Assembly (NCBI GenBank): GCA_963843575.1
Contig: CAWJKZ010000025.1
Span: forward strand, 192,001 to 256,000
Reading direction: 5' to 3'
Source of the DNA: an uncultured Acidobacteriota bacterium
Lineage (GTDB): Bacteria > Acidobacteriota > UBA6911
DNA length: 64,000 bases
In this document: positions 60,532 to 64,000 of the stretch, piece by piece
Layout of the letters: each line of letters begins with the position of its first letter
Numbering within the stretch: position 1 is the first letter of the stretch
Notes under the pieces: model-generated
What the model was told of the DNA's origin: nothing
The model's input: the letters and a program-made list of their open reading frames with translations, nothing else
The model's database searches: none
Translations under genes and position numbers: made by a program

Positions 60532-63042
60532 TCAGTCGTGGCGCAGCGCGGTGATGGGATGGACCCGGGCGGCCTTTCGTGCAGGTATATAGCAGGCGAG
60601 CAGCGCGGTCGCGGCCAGCAGGGCCGGAGCCGTCGTGAAGATGAGGGGATCCGCAGCGCTGACCTCGTACAGCAGGCTGCTCAGCAGCCGAGCCGTTCCG
60701 AAGGCCAGCAGCAGTCCGATGGCGACGCCGGCCGCCGTGAGCCGCACCCCTTCGCCCATGACCAGCCACAAAACGTCCCCGACCGTCGCCCCGAGCGACA
60801 TCCGGATGCCGATCTCGCGCGTGCGCCGCGCCACGGTATAAGCCTTGACCCCGTAGACCCCGATGGCGGCGAGCACGAGGGCAAGGGCGCCGAAGGCGCT
60901 GAACAAGCGGGCCGCAGTCCGGACGATCCAGAGCTCGAGGTTGTCCTCCACGTGGGCGCGCAGCGTCTTGAATCCCAGGACCGGCACTCGTTCGTCGACC
61001 TCCCGGATCTCCCGCCGCACGGTCTGCAGCAGGGCGGTCTGGGCCGCCTCGCCCGCCGGCGCGAGCCTCACGTGAAAGGAAGCGTTGGACTGGTAATTCG
61101 GGCCGAACGGCACGTAGACGTGGGGACGCGGCGAGCTGTCGAAGATGTTCTCCCGCACCGGCGGCGCGACGCCGATCACTTCGTGGAGCACGGCCGGCCG
61201 GCCGCTCGCCGCGCCGAAGTGCAGCCGCTTCCCCAGAGGGCTTTCCTTGGGCCAGAGCCGCGTCGCCAGCAGCTCGTCCACGATCGCCACGCGCGGACCT
61301 TCCCGCACGTCCTGTTCCGACTGCGAAAACGTGCGCCCTCCCGCGAGGCGCAGGCCGAGCGCGGCGAAGTAGTCCGAGCCGACGGCATTGAATTGCGCCG
61401 ACACGACCTTCCCCGTCTGCGCGGCGGCGTCCTCGGCGCGATACACCTGGCGCCCCATCGAGACCATGCCCATCGGCACCGTCTGGGCGAGGCTGACCGC
61501 CTCGATGCCCGGCAGCGAACGCAGCCTCTCCTCGATCCGGCGGTAGGCGTCGCGCCCGCGCTTCTCGTCGTAACCCACGAGGCTGGGGTCCAGCTCGATC
61601 AGGATGCCGTTGTCCAGGCTGAAGCCCGGATCGACCCGGGCCGCCTTGAGGGCCCCGCGAATGAACAGGCCGGCCGCCACGAGCAGCGTCAGCGACAGGC
61701 TGATCTGCGCCACGACCAGGACGTTGCGCCTCGAGAAGAACCGGCGCCGCCCCCCCGCGTCCTCGCCGGCATGCTCCTTCAGCCCCCCGACCAGATCGGG
61801 CCGCGACAGCTTCAGGGCCGGTCCCAGTCCCGAGACGACCGTGGCAAGGACGCAGAAAGCCAGCAGCGCGGCGAGCACCCGCGCGTCCGGTCCGGAGTGA
61901 TAGACGATCCGGATCGGGAACATCGCCGCCATGGACGCGACCAGAATGCGGATGCCCCACCAGGCCAGCAGCAGACCCGCCGCCCCGCCCACCACCGAGA
62001 GTATCAGCCCCTCGGTGAACAGTTGGCGCAGAATCCGTCCGCGTCCGGAGCCGAGCGCAAGGCGGATGGCAAACTCCTTCTGCCGTGCCGTGCCCCGGGC
62101 GAGCAGCATGTTGGCCAGATTCAGGCATGCGATCAAGAGAACGGCCGACGACACCGAAATCAGCAGGATCGCAACCGTCGCAAGGTCGCCATCGTCCTGC
62201 GGGTTGGTGCTGATCGAGGTGCGGGAGAGGGCGTGCACCGACAGAATCTGTTCCTTGTTCTCGGCCGGGTGGGCCTTTGCCATCTGGGCGCCGATCACGT
62301 CCAGTTCCGCCTGAATCTGCGGTGTCGAAATGCCAAGCTTCGGCCGGCAGATCAGGACGAGGCCGTCGGTTCTGCGGTCACCCAACTGCCGTCCCCCGTC
62401 GGCGAACACCCCGCGCATCAGCGCGTCGTAAAGGCCGAGCGGAAGGAAGATCTCGGCGCCGAACATCGCGGTGCTGCCGGTGAACTCCTCCGGAGCGACG
62501 CCGACCACGGTGAGCAGACGCCCGTTGACCCGGAGGGATTTGCCGACAAACCCGGGATCCCTTCCGGCCCTGCTCCACAGTTCGTGGCTGACGATGACCA
62601 CGGGAGCAGCGGCGCCGGGCTTCTCCTCCTCGCTCGTGAAATCGCGTCCCAGGACCGGCCTGACCCCGAATGTGGCAAGGTAGTTCGAGGTGACGAAGTC
62701 GGCGAAGATGCGCCGCGTGCTCTCGCCTTCGGTCAGCCCCACCATAGTCACGTCGTGCGCCGCGATCTGGGAAAACGTTCTGGAAGCTGCGCACAGGTCG
62801 AGATAGTTCGGGTAGGAAAAACCGCGGTAGCCGCCGGTCCTCGTGTTCCGGCTGTAACAGCCCACGAGTTCGCCGGGGTTCTGGCCGACGACCGGGCGAA
62901 AAAGGAATGCGTTCACGAGCGTAAACATCGCGGTGTTGGCGCCGATACCGAGCGACAACACGAAAACGGCCGTCGCCGTGAAGCCCGGGGTCTTCAGGAT
63001 GCTCCGCACAGCGTAGCGCACGTCCTGTCTGAGTTCGTCCAT
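60532..63042 (-). CDS. ADOP-type duplicated ABC transporter permease (MacB/FtsX domains)
   Basis: QDVRYAVRSILKTPGFT..LGIGANTAMF, LLIACLNLANMLLARG..RQKEFAIRLALG, RTREIGIRMSLGA, CYIPARKAARVHPITALR. Confidence 0.93.
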   Translation of the reverse strand: MDELRQDVRYAVRSILKTPGFTATAVFVLSLGIGANTAMFTLVNAFLFRPVVGQNPGELVGCYSRNTRTGGYRGFSYPNYLDLCAASRTFSQIAAHDVTMVGLTEGESTRRIFADFVTSNYLATFGVRPVLGRDFTSEEEKPGAAAPVVIVSHELWSRAGRDPGFVGKSLRVNGRLLTVVGVAPEEFTGSTAMFGAEIFLPLGLYDALMRGVFADGGRQLGDRRTDGLVLICRPKLGISTPQIQAELDVIGAQMAKAHPAENKEQILSVHALSRTSISTNPQDDGDLATVAILLISVSSAVLLIACLNLANMLLARGTARQKEFAIRLALGSGRGRILRQLFTEGLILSVVGGAAGLLLAWWGIRILVASMAAMFPIRIVYHSGPDARVLAALLAFCVLATVVSGLGPALKLSRPDLVGGLKEHAGEDAGGRRRFFSRRNVLVVAQISLSLTLLVAAGLFIRGALKAARVDPGFSLDNGILIELDPSLVGYDEKRGRDAYRRIEERLRSLPGIEAVSLAQTVPMGMVSMGRQVYRAEDAAAQTGKVVSAQFNAVGSDYFAALGLRLAGGRTFSQSEQDVREGPRVAIVDELLATRLWPKESPLGKRLHFGAASGRPAVLHEVIGVAPPVRENIFDSSPRPHVYVPFGPNYQSNASFHVRLAPAGEAAQTALLQTVRREIREVDERVPVLGFKTLRAHVEDNLELWIVRTAARLFSAFGALALVLAAIGVYGVKAYTVARRTREIGIRMSLGATVGDVLWLVMGEGVRLTAAGVAIGLLLAFGTARLLSSLLYEVSAADPLIFTTAPALLAATALLACYIPARKAARVHPITALRHD

Positions 63043-63267
63043 AGCCTCGTTAACGTACCCGTCCCCGGGAATGTTCCCTCCGTGAAATGGGTCGGTCGCG
63101 CAACGTCGGAAGTGCCCAAGAATTTCGCCATGATGCCAGCCTGTATCGGAGCAGAGTCCCCTCTTCTTATGATTTGGTCCTGCTGGTAAAATCGCTGGGT
63201 CTCCGTTCGTGCTCGCGCCAGGGAATGAGTGCCCGCGGTCGAAGACCAATCATGGGAGGAGCGTGCC

Positions 63268-64000
63268 GTGAGTGATCCCGAGGAAGACTTTGCCACGATG
63301 TTCGAGGCTTCGCTCCAGGCCAAGCGCCTTGATAAGGGCGAACTCGTTGAGGGCAGGATCGTCGCCATCGGCCCGGAGGTGGCGTTAGTTGACGTTGGCG
63401 GCAAGGGCGAGGCGGTCATCGAGATCTCCGAACTGAAGAACGCCGACGGCGAGATCGAGGTCGCGATTGGCGATCGCATTCAGGCGATGGTGGTGTCGAC
63501 GTCAGGTGGGCTGACGCTCTCCCGAAGGCTGGCGGGAGCGGCTGCGAGCGATCGGCAGTTCGAAGACGCCTTTCACAGCGGCCTGCCGGTGGAAGGGAAG
63601 GTCGAACGTGAGGTAAAGGGGGGCTACGAGGTGCGCATCGGCCGCCAGCGAGCGTTCTGCCCGATTTCCCAGATCGACGTCCGCGGCGCGGACGCGTCGG
63701 CGCACGAAGGGCATGTCTACCAATTCCGGATCATCGAGTACAAGGAAGGCGGCTCGAACATCGTCGTCTCCCGGCGCGCGCTCCTCGAGGACGAGCAGCG
63801 GGCGAACGCCGCCGAGGTCCGCGACAAGCTCGTCCCCGGCGCCGTCATGACCGGCCGCGTCACGTCCGTCCGCGAGTTCGGCGCGTTCGTCGATTTCGGC
63901 GCAGGTGTCCAGGGCCTGCTCCACGTGTCGGAGATGTCGTGGTCCCGCGTGTCGGCCCCTTCGGAGATCGTCAAGGCGGGCGAGGAGATCACGGTCAAGA
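63268..64000 (+). CDS. 30S ribosomal protein S1-like multi-S1-domain protein (partial, runs off the window)
   Basis: GGAGGA RBS; SDPEEDFATMFEASL..GELVEGRIVAI..VDVGGKGEA..RAFCPISQID..NIVVSRRALL..FGAFVDFGAGVQGLLHVSEMSW. Confidence 0.88.
   Translation, partial: MSDPEEDFATMFEASLQAKRLDKGELVEGRIVAIGPEVALVDVGGKGEAVIEISELKNADGEIEVAIGDRIQAMVVSTSGGLTLSRRLAGAAASDRQFEDAFHSGLPVEGKVEREVKGGYEVRIGRQRAFCPISQIDVRGADASAHEGHVYQFRIIEYKEGGSNIVVSRRALLEDEQRANAAEVRDKLVPGAVMTGRVTSVREFGAFVDFGAGVQGLLHVSEMSWSRVSAPSEIVKAGEEITVK

Noticed and set aside
60451-63189. 912-aa plus-strand ORF and similar long shadows (115-1539, 675-2732, 51339-53114, 53675-55633, 58297-60276)
   Set aside because: They overlap well-supported genes, lack motifs and have Arg/Gly/Pro-biased composition typical of non-coding frames.

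Overview
High-GC bacterial chromosomal segment, most likely Acidobacteriota (acidobacterial VWA protein, ADOP-type duplicated ABC permease). Many single-base frameshifts in conserved genes suggest uncorrected long-read or MAG assembly errors. Housekeeping and metabolic genes (pntA1/A2/B, comM/yifB, def, gpsA, ppiA, gap, uup, an S1 paralog) and a long glycan-degradation stretch (GH106-, GH36-, GH42-, GH127-like enzymes, sulfatase, PQQ dehydrogenase, two URO-D-fold proteins) surround a visibly less GC-rich accessory island at about 8.8-19.7 kb. The main result is in that island: a compact RiPP-like operon (9247-13670). It encodes a lasso-type B2 leader peptidase, an unannotated 57-aa precursor (9735-9908), an HprK-like kinase, a radical SAM enzyme with a Twitch-like C-terminus, a stand-alone PqqD/RRE and an NTP_transf_5 nucleotidyltransferase. 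The precursor has a lasso-register leader (F-17/P-14/L-12/T-2) and a predicted 8-aa core, AFFATFQP. The operon has no lasso cyclase and the core has no Asp/Glu, so the product cannot be a lasso peptide and is a candidate new radical-SAM RiPP class. Intergenic DNA carries two GTGG-type REP families (including REPIN-like doublets), two MITE-like element families and unannotated small ORFs. I found no rRNA, tRNA or CRISPR array.
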